Positions 51,970-61,803 of a stretch of DNA of 64,000 nucleotides are shown piece by piece (within the stretch, counting starts at the first letter, position 1; each line of letters opens with the position of its first letter). This DNA is from Candidatus Binataceae bacterium (lineage in GTDB: Bacteria; Desulfobacterota; Binatia; Binatales; Binataceae), in assembly GCA_035500095.1 (NCBI GenBank), contig DATJXN010000090.1:500-64499 (forward strand). Direction: 5' to 3'. A program made the translations under genes and the position numbers. A model generated the notes under the pieces. That model was given only the letters and a program-made list of their open reading frames with translations. It was not told the DNA's origin and searched no databases.

Positions 51970-53982
51970 TCAGTCGCCTCCCGGCGCGGGTTCGGCGGCA
52001 ATCGCCTCATCCGCCCGCTCGAACGCAGCGGCCATCGCGGCGCGTTCGCGCACGTTGGGCCACATCACGACCACCGTGCCGATCGCCATCATCAGGCCGC
52101 CCGCCCAGAGCCAGAAAACCAGCGGCGTGAGGAACACCTCGAAGGTGGCAAGTCCGCTCTGATCGTCAACGCCAGCGAACACCACGTAGAGGTCGGCGAG
52201 CGGGGTCGAGCGAATCGCGACCCGCGTGGCAGGCTGCTGCGGGCGTTTGTAGAAGAGCCGCGCGGGCGTCATCGTGGCGATCTCGCGGCCGCCGCTTTGC
52301 ACGTCGAGGCGCGCGCTCAGGTCCTCGAGATGAGCGTTCTCGACGCCCTTCATTCCGAGATAGGTAATCTGGTAAGCGCCGATAGTGAAGCTCTGTCCTC
52401 TGCGCACGCTGCGCTTGACCTCGGTCCTGAAGAATGATGAAGCGACGATTCCGATAAACGCGAAAATCACGCCCAGATGGATGATATAGCCGCCATAGCG
52501 GCGGTTGTTCTTGGCGACGAGATTGACCAGCGCGCGCGCCGGGGTTTCGTGCACCAGATGGCGCCGCGCGATCACGCCGCGGCGGAATTCGACCACCACC
52601 GTGCCGAGCGCGAACACGGCCAGCGAAAGCGCTGTCAGCACGTACCATTGGCGGAGCCCCATCGCGAAGACCGCGATGCCTGCGCCCACGCCCATCGTGA
52701 CCGGCGCAAGGAAGGTCCTAAGCAGCGTCTGCGGCGACGTCCGCCGCCACGCGATCAGCGGTCCCACACCCATCAGAAATATCAGCCCAAGCGCGAGCGG
52801 CCCGTTGACCTTGTCGAAGAAGGGTGGCCCCACGGTTATCTTCACGCCGCGCACCGCCTCCGAGAGCACAGGAAAGACCGTGCCCCAGAAAACCGCGAAC
52901 GCGATTCCCACCAGCATCAGGTTGTTGAACAGGAACGTGGCCTCGCGCGACAGATACGATTCGAACTCGGCCGGACTTTTCAAATCCCCGACGCGGCTCA
53001 GCAGCAGGGCTGTGTATGCTACGACGACCGCGATCAGGAACGTCAGAAAGTATGGACCCAGGCCCGATTGGGTGAACGAGTGAACCGACGAAATCACGCC
53101 GCTGCGGGTGAGAAACGTGCCGAACAGCGTCAGCATGAAGGCCATCCCGATGAGCGCGAGGTTCCACACCTTCAGCATGTCCTTGCGCTCCTGGATCATC
53201 ACCGAGTGCAGGTACGCGGTCATCACGAGCCACGGCATGAAGGCAGCATTCTCGACCGGATCCCACGCCCAGTAACCGCCCCATCCCAGCACCTCGTAAG
53301 CCCAACGCGCGCCGAACAGATTGCCGAGCGTGAGGAAGAACCAGGAAAAGATCGCCCAGCGCCGCGTCGTGCGGATCCATCCGTCGTCGAGCCGGCGCGT
53401 GACGAGCGCGCCGCAGGCAAAGGCGAACGGCACCGCCGCGCTGACGTAACCGGTATAGAGCGACGGCGGATGAATCGCCATCCAGTAGTTCTGCAGGAGC
53501 GGGTTGAGGTCGGAGCCGTCGGGCGGCATGCTGGCGAGCAGGTCGAACGGGCGGGTGACGAAGTTCAGCATCCCGAGAAAGAAGATCGCGACTCCGGCCA
53601 GCACGATCAGCGCCCAGGGCGTAATCTCGGGATTGCGCCGGCGGTTCTGAAAGATTGCGATCGAGGTGAAGATCGAGAGCAGCCAGGTCCAGAAGAGCAG
53701 CGAGCCCTGCTGCCCGCCCCATAGCGCCGCGACCTTGTACTGGATCGGCAGGGTAACGCTGGAATATGAAGCGACGTACTCCAGCGAGAAATCGCTGGTC
53801 AGCAGGCCGGTCCACAACGCGCCCACCGCGACCGTCACCATCGCGCACATCGCCCATAGCGCGTGGCGCGCGCTCAGCAGCAGGTCAGGCGAGTTGCGGC
53901 GGATGCCGAGCAGGTTGGCCGCGATCGAATAGACCGCGACCATCAGCGCAAGCGCGAGAGCGAGCTGACCTATGAGCGGCAT
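51970..53982 (-). CDS. ccmF: Cytochrome c-type biogenesis heme lyase CcmF.
   Basis: 670 aa, polytopic. WWD-like motif (WGGYWAWDPVENAAFMPWL) and conserved His residues. Confidence 0.9.
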   Translation of the reverse strand: MPLIGQLALALALMVAVYSIAANLLGIRRNSPDLLLSARHALWAMCAMVTVAVGALWTGLLTSDFSLEYVASYSSVTLPIQYKVAALWGGQQGSLLFWTWLLSIFTSIAIFQNRRRNPEITPWALIVLAGVAIFFLGMLNFVTRPFDLLASMPPDGSDLNPLLQNYWMAIHPPSLYTGYVSAAVPFAFACGALVTRRLDDGWIRTTRRWAIFSWFFLTLGNLFGARWAYEVLGWGGYWAWDPVENAAFMPWLVMTAYLHSVMIQERKDMLKVWNLALIGMAFMLTLFGTFLTRSGVISSVHSFTQSGLGPYFLTFLIAVVVAYTALLLSRVGDLKSPAEFESYLSREATFLFNNLMLVGIAFAVFWGTVFPVLSEAVRGVKITVGPPFFDKVNGPLALGLIFLMGVGPLIAWRRTSPQTLLRTFLAPVTMGVGAGIAVFAMGLRQWYVLTALSLAVFALGTVVVEFRRGVIARRHLVHETPARALVNLVAKNNRRYGGYIIHLGVIFAFIGIVASSFFRTEVKRSVRRGQSFTIGAYQITYLGMKGVENAHLEDLSARLDVQSGGREIATMTPARLFYKRPQQPATRVAIRSTPLADLYVVFAGVDDQSGLATFEVFLTPLVFWLWAGGLMMAIGTVVVMWPNVRERAAMAAAFERADEAIAAEPAPGGD

Positions 53983-53989
53983 TGTACCT

Positions 53990-54436
53990 TCACTTCGCAG
54001 GCTGTTTGGGCGCGTACTTGGACGGGCACGACGTCAGCACCTGCCGCGCCTCGATTGTGCCGCCGGCCCCAAGGCGCCCCTCGACGATCACGTCGCGTCC
54101 CGCCGCGAACATGTCGGGCCTGGGCTCGCCGCGTGCGATCACGCGAAACTCGGTGGCGTCGGTGACGGCGACCGGTTTGACCGGCGAGCCGTCGGGATTG
54201 GGCGGCGAGACCATCGCGAAGCCGAGCGTCAGCGTCGCCGGGTCCCAGCTGATCGAGCCGGCCTTGACCCGTCCGGCCACGCGCAGCATCTGGCCGCTCA
54301 GTTGGGCCTCGCGCGCGCCGACTTCGTTGACCGTCAGATAATATTCGGACGTGTTACGGACGGCCGTCACGATGAGGTAGCCGATGGCGAGCACGATAAG
54401 GCCCGCCCCGATCACAAAACGCAGCTTCGAGCGCAT
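53990..54436 (-). CDS. ccmE: Heme chaperone CcmE, CXXXY variant.
   Basis: N-terminal TM, OB-fold. The heme-binding segment IEARQVLTSCPSKYAPK aligns with E. coli LAKHDENYTP, with Cys in place of His. Confidence 0.85.
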   Translation of the reverse strand: MRSKLRFVIGAGLIVLAIGYLIVTAVRNTSEYYLTVNEVGAREAQLSGQMLRVAGRVKAGSISWDPATLTLGFAMVSPPNPDGSPVKPVAVTDATEFRVIARGEPRPDMFAAGRDVIVEGRLGAGGTIEARQVLTSCPSKYAPKQPAK

Positions 54437-54611
54437 CGAATTCTCTTATCCTTCAGTATCGTAGCAATTGTGGCCGAGCGAGGCCGTTTCAAGCAAGCGC
54501 CGCCTCTTCGCGAAAATCGCCGCCGGGCGCGGGAGATCCGCCATCTCAGCAGCGTCCGCAGGCAGACAAACCGGCACAGATTCCGCGGCGCGCAAGGAGG
54601 ATCGCGAGCCT

Positions 54612-55490
54612 ATGCATCGCAGCGAATTCACCATTCTCACGCTGAACATCTTCCATGACCTGCCGGCATACCGCCACCTGGAGCGCCGCTGCGAGCTTAT
54701 CGCCGAGGCTATCGCGGCGCGCCGTCCGCACGTCGCCGCACTCCAGGAGGTGCTGCGCGCAACGAGCACGGGGGATATCGGGGCGAAAATCCGCGACCGT
54801 GTTAATCAGCTCTGCGGCGGAGAGTCCTACAGGCTCGATTACGTGGCGGCCGACGGCGCCGGCGAGGGTGAGTTTTCCTTCGATGAGGGCGTCGCGCTGC
54901 TGAGCCGCGTGGCGCCGGCAGGCCCGGCCAAGACGCTCAAGTATGCGGCGCAGGTCGAGCTAGCGACCGAGGTGGCCGGACATCGCTACCGCCTGCCGGA
55001 TGACCGTGTCGCGTTGCGCCGGCGGTTTCGGCTGGAGAACGGCGCCAGTGTCGACATAGCTGTCTCGCATCTGACGGACCGAGCGGAAGCTGTCGGCGGC
55101 GCCGCGGTGCGGACGATGCAGGCGCGCGAGCTCGCCGCATGGGCCCCGGCCGAAGGCGATACGGACAGCACGCTGATCCTTGCGGGCGACTTCAATGACG
55201 TTCCCGGGTCGGAGACGATCGCTGAATTGAGCCGCGCCGGCTTCATCGATCTGCACGAAGCCTTCGGCAGCGGCCCCGGCTACACCAACGATCGCGATGA
55301 TCTCGAGCTGAATGCCGAGCATGCATCGCACAATCAGCGCATCGACTACCTGATGATGCGTCCGGCAGGCCGCCGCGCGCCCGAAGTAAGCGAAGTCGCG
55401 TTGTTCGCCGACCGGCCGCATCGCCAGAGCGACGGCACGTGGCTTTGGCCGTCGGATCATATCGGCGTAATCGCAACGCTGTGGGTGTAG
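54612..55490 (+). CDS. Endonuclease/exonuclease/phosphatase (EEP) family protein.
   Basis: RBS AAGGAGG, then MHRSEFTILTLNIFHD...ALQEV...LAGDFNDVPGSETI...SDHIGV. These are the catalytic motifs of the EEP fold. Confidence 0.75.
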   Translation: MHRSEFTILTLNIFHDLPAYRHLERRCELIAEAIAARRPHVAALQEVLRATSTGDIGAKIRDRVNQLCGGESYRLDYVAADGAGEGEFSFDEGVALLSRVAPAGPAKTLKYAAQVELATEVAGHRYRLPDDRVALRRRFRLENGASVDIAVSHLTDRAEAVGGAAVRTMQARELAAWAPAEGDTDSTLILAGDFNDVPGSETIAELSRAGFIDLHEAFGSGPGYTNDRDDLELNAEHASHNQRIDYLMMRPAGRRAPEVSEVALFADRPHRQSDGTWLWPSDHIGVIATLWV

Positions 55491-55556
55491 GCGCAAGGGT
55501 CGCGGGCAAGCTCTCCGACTCATCGACGGCATCGCTCACATAGCTGAAAGCAGCGC

Positions 55557-56411
55557 TCATTCCGCTGCGCCGTCGGATCCCGCATCGTCAGCGCTGCGCG
55601 GGCCGAAGGCGACGCCGCGGCGCGAGGCGCGGATGAACTCGACCATCTCGGCCACTTCGGGCGTCATCGGGCCCGCCGCTGCCAGCTCCGCAAGCGCCAG
55701 CTTGAGATTGCGCCGCTCGCCGAACAGGGTCTTGAAGGCGCGGCGAAGGGCGGAGATCGCGCGCGCATCGATTCCCGCGCGCCTCAGCCCGACGACGTTT
55801 ATTCCGCGCAGCGTGTGAGTCCCGTCGGCGAGGCAAAAAGGCGGGATGTCGCGGCTGGTGCGGCTCATCCCGCGCATCATCGCGAGCCGCCCGATCCTGA
55901 CGAACTGATGCACCACGCAGTTGCCCGAAACCAGCGCCCGCTCGCCGACTTCGGCCCATCCCGCGAGCAATGCGCCGCCCGCGATGATCGTCGAGTTGCC
56001 GACGCGGCAGTCGTGCGCAACGTGCGCGTTCTGCATCAGGAAGTTGTCGTCGCCGATGATCGTGATGTCGCCGCGCTCGCTGCCGCGATGGACGGTCACG
56101 CCTTCGCGAAAGACGTTGCGCGCGCCGATCCGCACGCGGCGCGGAGCGCCGCTATAGGCAAGGTCCTGCGGCTCGCCGCCGATCACCGCGTTGGGATGCA
56201 GCACGTTGGCCTCGCCCATCTCGACCTCGCCGAGGACCGTAACGTGGCCGATAAGCCGGGTGCGCGCGCCGATCCGGATCGCGCCGTCGAGCAGGCAAAA
56301 CGCTCCGATCTCGACGCCCGGCGCAAGCACGACCTCGGGCCCAACCACCGCGCTTGGATGGATCCGGGCCGGCGCCGTAGCCTCGGCCGGAGCATCGGAT
56401 TGGATGCTCAA
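55557..56411 (-). CDS. lpxA: Acyl-ACP--UDP-GlcNAc O-acyltransferase.
   Basis: Left-handed beta-helix hexapeptide repeats throughout and the C-terminal helical domain. The N-terminus IHPSAVVGPEVVLAPGVEIGAFC is typical of LpxA. Confidence 0.85.
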   Translation of the reverse strand: MSIQSDAPAEATAPARIHPSAVVGPEVVLAPGVEIGAFCLLDGAIRIGARTRLIGHVTVLGEVEMGEANVLHPNAVIGGEPQDLAYSGAPRRVRIGARNVFREGVTVHRGSERGDITIIGDDNFLMQNAHVAHDCRVGNSTIIAGGALLAGWAEVGERALVSGNCVVHQFVRIGRLAMMRGMSRTSRDIPPFCLADGTHTLRGINVVGLRRAGIDARAISALRRAFKTLFGERRNLKLALAELAAAGPMTPEVAEMVEFIRASRRGVAFGPRSADDAGSDGAAE

Positions 56412-56599
56412 TTGAGGAATTTCTTCTTCAGGTCGTCAGGATGCTCGCGATCCTCGACCTTGTTGCCTGCGACGCGATAGTCCTCTCCCGCCCACTTGCC
56501 GAGGTCAAGCATCTGGCATCGCTCCGAGCAGAACGGGCGGAAGCGGTTGGCCGGCCTCATCTCCGCAGGCTGCTTGCAAATTGGACAGCGCATCGCCAT
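56408..56599 (-). CDS. yacG: DNA gyrase inhibitor YacG (zinc-ribbon).
   Basis: 63 aa: CPICKQP...FRPFCSERCQMLDLGKWAGEDY matches the YacG consensus. ATGA overlap with lpxA. Confidence 0.75.
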   Translation of the reverse strand: MAMRCPICKQPAEMRPANRFRPFCSERCQMLDLGKWAGEDYRVAGNKVEDREHPDDLKKKFLN

Positions 56600-56677
56600 T
56601 CACCCGATTCGAGAATTGCCAGATGGCGGCGCGGCGCGCAAATCCTCATCCGGCTCGTCATCATCCCGCACGTCCAA

Positions 56678-57280
56678 TCAAAAGATGTCGGAACCCCGGC
56701 AGCTATCGGTTCCGCCGGCCGGCCTGAAACTTGCCGACCGATAGTCGAAGACGACGCGCTCGCTATAGCAGAAGATGTCTCCGCTCGTGCCCTTGTACTC
56801 CGCGTGCACGTCGATCATCAGGGTCTCCTTCCCCGCGACGACGGCTTTGTACGTATCCGGCGGAAAGTAGGTATAGAAAAAGTGCGGCACGCCGGGCGAA
56901 AGCATCCCCGGCGACGTCGAGGACATCTCGCCGGGCGTATCGGCGAGGCGCTTGCCCTCCGCCAGCGCGGTTACCGTAAGGATCGCGCCGCTCGCCGGAA
57001 TTTTACCGAAGTTGCGATATTGGATCACGGCCCGCGGATTGGGCGTGTCGCCCTGCTCGAAGGTGACGTTCTCGATACCGACAAACGGGCGCTCCTCGAG
57101 CGCGAAGATGTGCGAGGTTACCTGCGCCGTCCGCCACGCCGCGTACGCGCTGAACGCTGTCGCTGCCACCATCAGCAGGGCCATAAAATCGGCAAACTGC
57201 AAGACCTCGGTCAGCCGCCGCATCATCGACTTCTCGGCGGGCGTCAGATGATCGGCGGTCGATTCGACTTTGTTACTCAT
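56678..57280 (-). CDS. Hypothetical membrane-anchored protein.
   Basis: 200 aa with one N-terminal TM (FMALLMVAATAFSAYAAW), then a beta-rich domain. I recognise no family. Confidence 0.5.
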   Translation of the reverse strand: MSNKVESTADHLTPAEKSMMRRLTEVLQFADFMALLMVAATAFSAYAAWRTAQVTSHIFALEERPFVGIENVTFEQGDTPNPRAVIQYRNFGKIPASGAILTVTALAEGKRLADTPGEMSSTSPGMLSPGVPHFFYTYFPPDTYKAVVAGKETLMIDVHAEYKGTSGDIFCYSERVVFDYRSASFRPAGGTDSCRGSDIF

Positions 57281-57966
57281 TTAATTTCGCTGACTAGGCC
57301 GTTGGAGCCCAGGATCTGGCTGACGCCGGGCGGTTGCTAACTCTTCAGAACTCGCAAGAATTTAGATATGCTAACTGGATCGATTTCTCGTAATCAAAAG
57401 TCGCTTGATTCCATGTGGCCGTGAATTTTAAACAGAAAAATCGTCCTGTAGAAGGCCGCATGCACTAGACAGGCTAGGTTGGTTCCGTATTCACCACAGA
57501 CCCAAGGCCCGCGGTCGTGCGCAAAATCGGGATGTACCCTTCGGATCCGAATCAAAAGCTATTGGGGAAGCCAGTAGTCCCTCCCGCACGATATTCCGAC
57601 GCACCATAGCCGACGACCTGCCCACATTCGCCCGCGATACTCCGGCGGAGCCAAATCCTTTACGAACAGCACGCCAACCAGGTCTTGGCTTGAGCGCTGT
57701 GTGAGTGAGGTCGCCCAGCCGGCGTGAGATTGCTCCACGCGATTAGTTGTGGCGTTTTGTCACGCGTCTTTGCACACAGCTTCTTTTTCTTGGCAGATAA
57801 AGATTCTCTAGGCACTACATGGTGTGCGTAAGCGATTGCTTCGGCGTGGGAACGAAGGTTGCTACCCGCATCGACGGCGTGGCGGGGACTACGGAGAAAC
57901 CACTGGACGCTCATAGAAGAACAGACTTCCGCACAGGAAATGTCCCGGGCGGTGGGGAGGGGTAAC

Positions 57967-60900
57967 ATGTTCGATTTCAACGCTGATGAGGCATCGCACT
58001 TAGCATCGCGCGTTGTCCGAGGCGGTCGCGCTTTATTTTCGACTGGCAAGAGAACCATTCTGCGTGTGGTCTGTTTGCTAGCGGCGGTTTTTATAGTTCC
58101 GGCGATCGCTGCGGCACAGATCTGTCCTATCCAGAATGCCGCCGGACTCCCAGCGCAGCCCGGCCATCCCTGGACCAAGCTGGCGAATTGTGTCAGCGGC
58201 GGTAGCGCGGTGATAGGCGGGACGGTTGGCGGAACCGACTGCACCTACGCCTACGTGAGTCAAAAACAACATGAGGGACTCTACTACGCTGCGGATCTAT
58301 CGACCATCACAATTCAAAGCGGCGGCACGCTGGTGTTTCTTGATCAGAGCTATCAGGTTCATGTCGGAAGCATAGTTGTGGAGAACGGTGGGACCCTCCA
58401 GATCGGCGCACAAGGCTGCGCGATATCGAAGCAAAACCAGATAAATCTCTATTTCACCGGTTCCGAGGGTGCCGTCAAGGGAATCGATGTGAAAGCGGGC
58501 GGGACGCTGCGTATGTGGGGTCGCCATGGCAACACCGCCTTCACTAATCACGTGAGCTGGGCTCATCTGGCTGAGCCGGCCGGCCCTGAGAGCTTTAGCG
58601 CAGCCAAGGGGGTTGCGGCGCCTGTGACCGAGGCAGCTAACGCTCTGATGATCGACAAGATTGTGGACTGGCATGTCGGCGATTGGATCGTGGTCGCGGG
58701 AACCGACTTCTCACCTGATTCTGGGGAAATCGTTCAAATCCAAAGCGTCATGCCCAACAGCGTGACCGGACATACTGCTATCACGCTCAATCAGTCCCTG
58801 GTCGAATATCACTACGGCGGCAAGTCGCCCACTTGCAACCCGGGCGATGTCTATTGTGGTCCGTCGGCGAAGAGCTTCAACGACGGCAAAGCGAAAAACT
58901 ACGGCGTTGATGAGCGAGCCGAAGTAGGGCTGCTTACGCGAAACATCCATCTCACCTCGATCACGCCTAATCCGTATCAGTCGACCAAAGGTGAATGGGC
59001 GCTGGTCAATCCGCCCCCGGCAGGCCTGCATTGGGGCGGCGAAGTATTGCTCGAATCAGAATTCGCTACCGCAGAGATAGCGGGCGTTGAAATCGAAAAA
59101 TTCGGCGGTGACGAAGACGGCCAGTTTCCAGTCTACTTTCAAGGCACAGGCACCAACCCACCGATCATCTCCAGCAACAGCATCCATCATTCATACAACA
59201 AGTGCATCGCGCTCGCTGGACTGGCTGGCACCCCCGGTAACCCGATAACCATCAATGACAACGTCTGCGCGCGAATTGTCGGCAATATGTTCTATCTTCG
59301 CACCGGAGCGGAGCAAAACCTCAGCTTCATCCATAATCTCGGCGTGGGAGCCATGAGCAATGCCTTCACGCTCAATCCCGACGGCAACGCCCCGCCGCCA
59401 TATCAGCTTTGGTGGGCGGGGGACAACCTGACCAATCAGCCCAGCGCCAAATGCCATCAACCCGGTGTTTTCTCCGGCACTTACAACTGCTACGACGGAT
59501 TGAACATAACATTTACCGACGATCAATCGTTACCGGCAGTCCAATCTGAATCGTACACCTCCGCTGGTTTCTGGATTACGAACCCCGCGAACTATTTTCA
59601 AGCGAATTCGATCGCGGGATGCCAGGACCAGGGCATAGGTTTCTGGTACGATCTTACGCCAGGCAATGCGACAGTCCCGCTTGGTATAATGCAGCATGGT
59701 TCGCTGGTGGGCTTCACTAACAACCGCGCACACGGATGCTATTACGGCCTGAATACTCCGGCCCAGCTCTCCCAGGGCGCCAACTACACACCGCAGAACT
59801 CGCAGCAACTCGATCTGATCGCGCATTTCGACGGAATCACGGCGACGCGCAATCGTTACGCGGGAATCTGGGTGCGGCCCAATTGGTATTCGCTTACCAA
59901 CGTACGCTTGGCCGGAAATGTTCAGGGTGCGAGCCTAGTTTCTGCCGGAGGCACTGAGGGTTCGCCGCCCGGCGAATGGTCCCAGATTTCGCACGGCGTC
60001 TTTGTCGGAGAGAGCATGAATAATCCCGAGCGCTTCGGGCCGTGCCCCTATTACACCGATGGCGTGATCCCACACGGCGACACCGCGCCACCGCCGCCCG
60101 TCTGTGCTGAAACGCCTGGCGCCGCGGGACTTGGCATCGGCTATCCCGATCCCAAACGGAATCAGCTCGGGTATATGTTTTATGATGGGCCGGCACGGAT
60201 CGAGAATTCCCGTTTCATAAATTTCCTGATCAACCCGTCTCCGCTACTCACTAAAAAAGACGCAAAGTTTCTGTCGGCCTACACCGCCATCGAGAAAATG
60301 CCTTGCGATTCTAATACTGCCTTCACGTACGAAGGGGACGCCGCGATGGGATGGTTTCAGGCCAATGTTAACTCATATCCGCCGACCCAATACACTGACA
60401 ACTTGTCGTTTGTGAACGTCGATCTTCGCCATGAAGTCTATACTCAGGAAGTAGGCGTAACCTGCGTGAGCAGTACTCAGGTAAATTTCCAGGATGGCGA
60501 CAAGAACACTGTAATCCGCGATCACGACGCGACTCTCAGCGGATACCAGGTAGTTGACCAGGCAGGAACTCCCATTTGGGGGAAATTTCCGATTTCGCTC
60601 AACAACCTGCCCTTTCTGGCGGTCGCCGACACGACGAACAACGCGATGAATACGGTCGATGAGTGCTACGCGGAAGGCGCACAGGATGCTCACTACGAGG
60701 GCCGGCCGAGTGCCCAGATGAGCCCAAATGACTACGCCACCCTTGAGTTCTCTGCGGTTCCGTGCGCGCTGGAAGCGGGTAGCTATAGTGGCCCGTGCAC
60801 TAACTCGAATGTGATTACCCTGACGAAGGATCAGCAGGACTACGGTCAGCATCAGTCGATGTCGTTGAATGGGCGAAATGGCAACGGCATTTACGAGCCC

Positions 60901-61782
60901 AAGGTGATGAACGGACTCGGTTACACGGTGCAGGCCCAGTACGAGATGCCGCCCTTCGTTTCAATCACCTATACGGATGCGTCTACCACGCCTTTCCAGA
61001 CCCGCATCGGCATCTGTTACACCACAGACCAGGGTCCATATCAGTGTCCGGGTGGAGACTGTTCCGGCGTCTTCACGGTATCCAAGGGAGTAAAGACTCT
61101 TGCTGGACCCGGATCAACCAGTCTTGCCGCTCTGGCGCCATACTTCACGAACTATACCGTGTGTAACGGCCTGGATAATCAGTATGGCTATCCGTCTGGG
61201 TGGAACTTCCCGAACCTCGCGCTATGTCTTGATCCGTCGCTGGATGCGTCCAAGAGCGACGATATTCCGCCGACCCCGACCCTGCTCACTCAGGTCAGCT
61301 CGATCGGTGCTTTGACTCCATCCACCTATTTTTACGATCAGACCACGGGACTTCTGTTCTTGGACGTTGAACAGGTAAACCCGAACGGAGACCCCAGCTA
61401 CAAGATTCAATCCGGAGGCACCGGAGGCGGACCTTCACCGCTGGGCGATTGCGACGGCGCGAATCCCGATCCCGCATGCCCTGACTTCAGCGCCGGATAC
61501 AGCTTTTACTCCTGCCCAGCCGGCGGATGCGAGTTGTACATGGTGCAGGTCAACCCGGATGTCTACGCGTACGACCCGACCAAAGTAGGAATGACCTGCG
61601 TACCTTATCCTACGTACAACCAGCAGTATCCGGCCGACCTCAACCTGCTCAAGAATGTGGCAACCGGAGTGGTTTTGAAACCGAATGTTCTGACGCCGAC
61701 AGGCACCTCGGGCAACTTCCCGCATCTGGTCGATTCGTCAGGGAATCCTTGTCCCACGACGACGCCGACACCTACGCCGTAA
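57967..61782 (+). CDS. Giant secreted Cys/Asn/Gly-rich protein; the N-terminal region resembles a G8 domain followed by a parallel beta-helix (CEMIP/TMEM2-like architecture).
   Basis: RBS GGAGGGG, then ATG at 57967; the track ORF begins at 57859. Signal peptide ...RTILRVVCLLAAVFIVPAIAAAQ. The G8-like segment is PWTKLANCVSGG...TITIQSGGTLVFLDQSYQVHVGSIVVENGGTLQIG. There are more than 30 Cys and a C-terminal PTTTPTPTP. GC is about 50-52% in sampled stretches, much lower than the flanks. Confidence 0.7.
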   Translation: MFDFNADEASHLASRVVRGGRALFSTGKRTILRVVCLLAAVFIVPAIAAAQICPIQNAAGLPAQPGHPWTKLANCVSGGSAVIGGTVGGTDCTYAYVSQKQHEGLYYAADLSTITIQSGGTLVFLDQSYQVHVGSIVVENGGTLQIGAQGCAISKQNQINLYFTGSEGAVKGIDVKAGGTLRMWGRHGNTAFTNHVSWAHLAEPAGPESFSAAKGVAAPVTEAANALMIDKIVDWHVGDWIVVAGTDFSPDSGEIVQIQSVMPNSVTGHTAITLNQSLVEYHYGGKSPTCNPGDVYCGPSAKSFNDGKAKNYGVDERAEVGLLTRNIHLTSITPNPYQSTKGEWALVNPPPAGLHWGGEVLLESEFATAEIAGVEIEKFGGDEDGQFPVYFQGTGTNPPIISSNSIHHSYNKCIALAGLAGTPGNPITINDNVCARIVGNMFYLRTGAEQNLSFIHNLGVGAMSNAFTLNPDGNAPPPYQLWWAGDNLTNQPSAKCHQPGVFSGTYNCYDGLNITFTDDQSLPAVQSESYTSAGFWITNPANYFQANSIAGCQDQGIGFWYDLTPGNATVPLGIMQHGSLVGFTNNRAHGCYYGLNTPAQLSQGANYTPQNSQQLDLIAHFDGITATRNRYAGIWVRPNWYSLTNVRLAGNVQGASLVSAGGTEGSPPGEWSQISHGVFVGESMNNPERFGPCPYYTDGVIPHGDTAPPPPVCAETPGAAGLGIGYPDPKRNQLGYMFYDGPARIENSRFINFLINPSPLLTKKDAKFLSAYTAIEKMPCDSNTAFTYEGDAAMGWFQANVNSYPPTQYTDNLSFVNVDLRHEVYTQEVGVTCVSSTQVNFQDGDKNTVIRDHDATLSGYQVVDQAGTPIWGKFPISLNNLPFLAVADTTNNAMNTVDECYAEGAQDAHYEGRPSAQMSPNDYATLEFSAVPCALEAGSYSGPCTNSNVITLTKDQQDYGQHQSMSLNGRNGNGIYEPKVMNGLGYTVQAQYEMPPFVSITYTDASTTPFQTRIGICYTTDQGPYQCPGGDCSGVFTVSKGVKTLAGPGSTSLAALAPYFTNYTVCNGLDNQYGYPSGWNFPNLALCLDPSLDASKSDDIPPTPTLLTQVSSIGALTPSTYFYDQTTGLLFLDVEQVNPNGDPSYKIQSGGTGGGPSPLGDCDGANPDPACPDFSAGYSFYSCPAGGCELYMVQVNPDVYAYDPTKVGMTCVPYPTYNQQYPADLNLLKNVATGVVLKPNVLTPTGTSGNFPHLVDSSGNPCPTTTPTPTP

Positions 61783-61803
61783 TTGGAAACCGGATGCCCG
61801 CCT

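Noticed and set aside
57281-57966. tRNA or other structured RNA gene in the AT-rich stretch before the G8 gene, and similarly in 15540-16240, 43674-43739 and 47241-47357.
   Set aside because: Manual scanning found no cloverleaf-compatible sequence, such as GTTC-RA-NYC T-loop plus acceptor pairing, and no recognisable RNase P or tmRNA motifs. I cannot exclude sRNAs without a covariance search.
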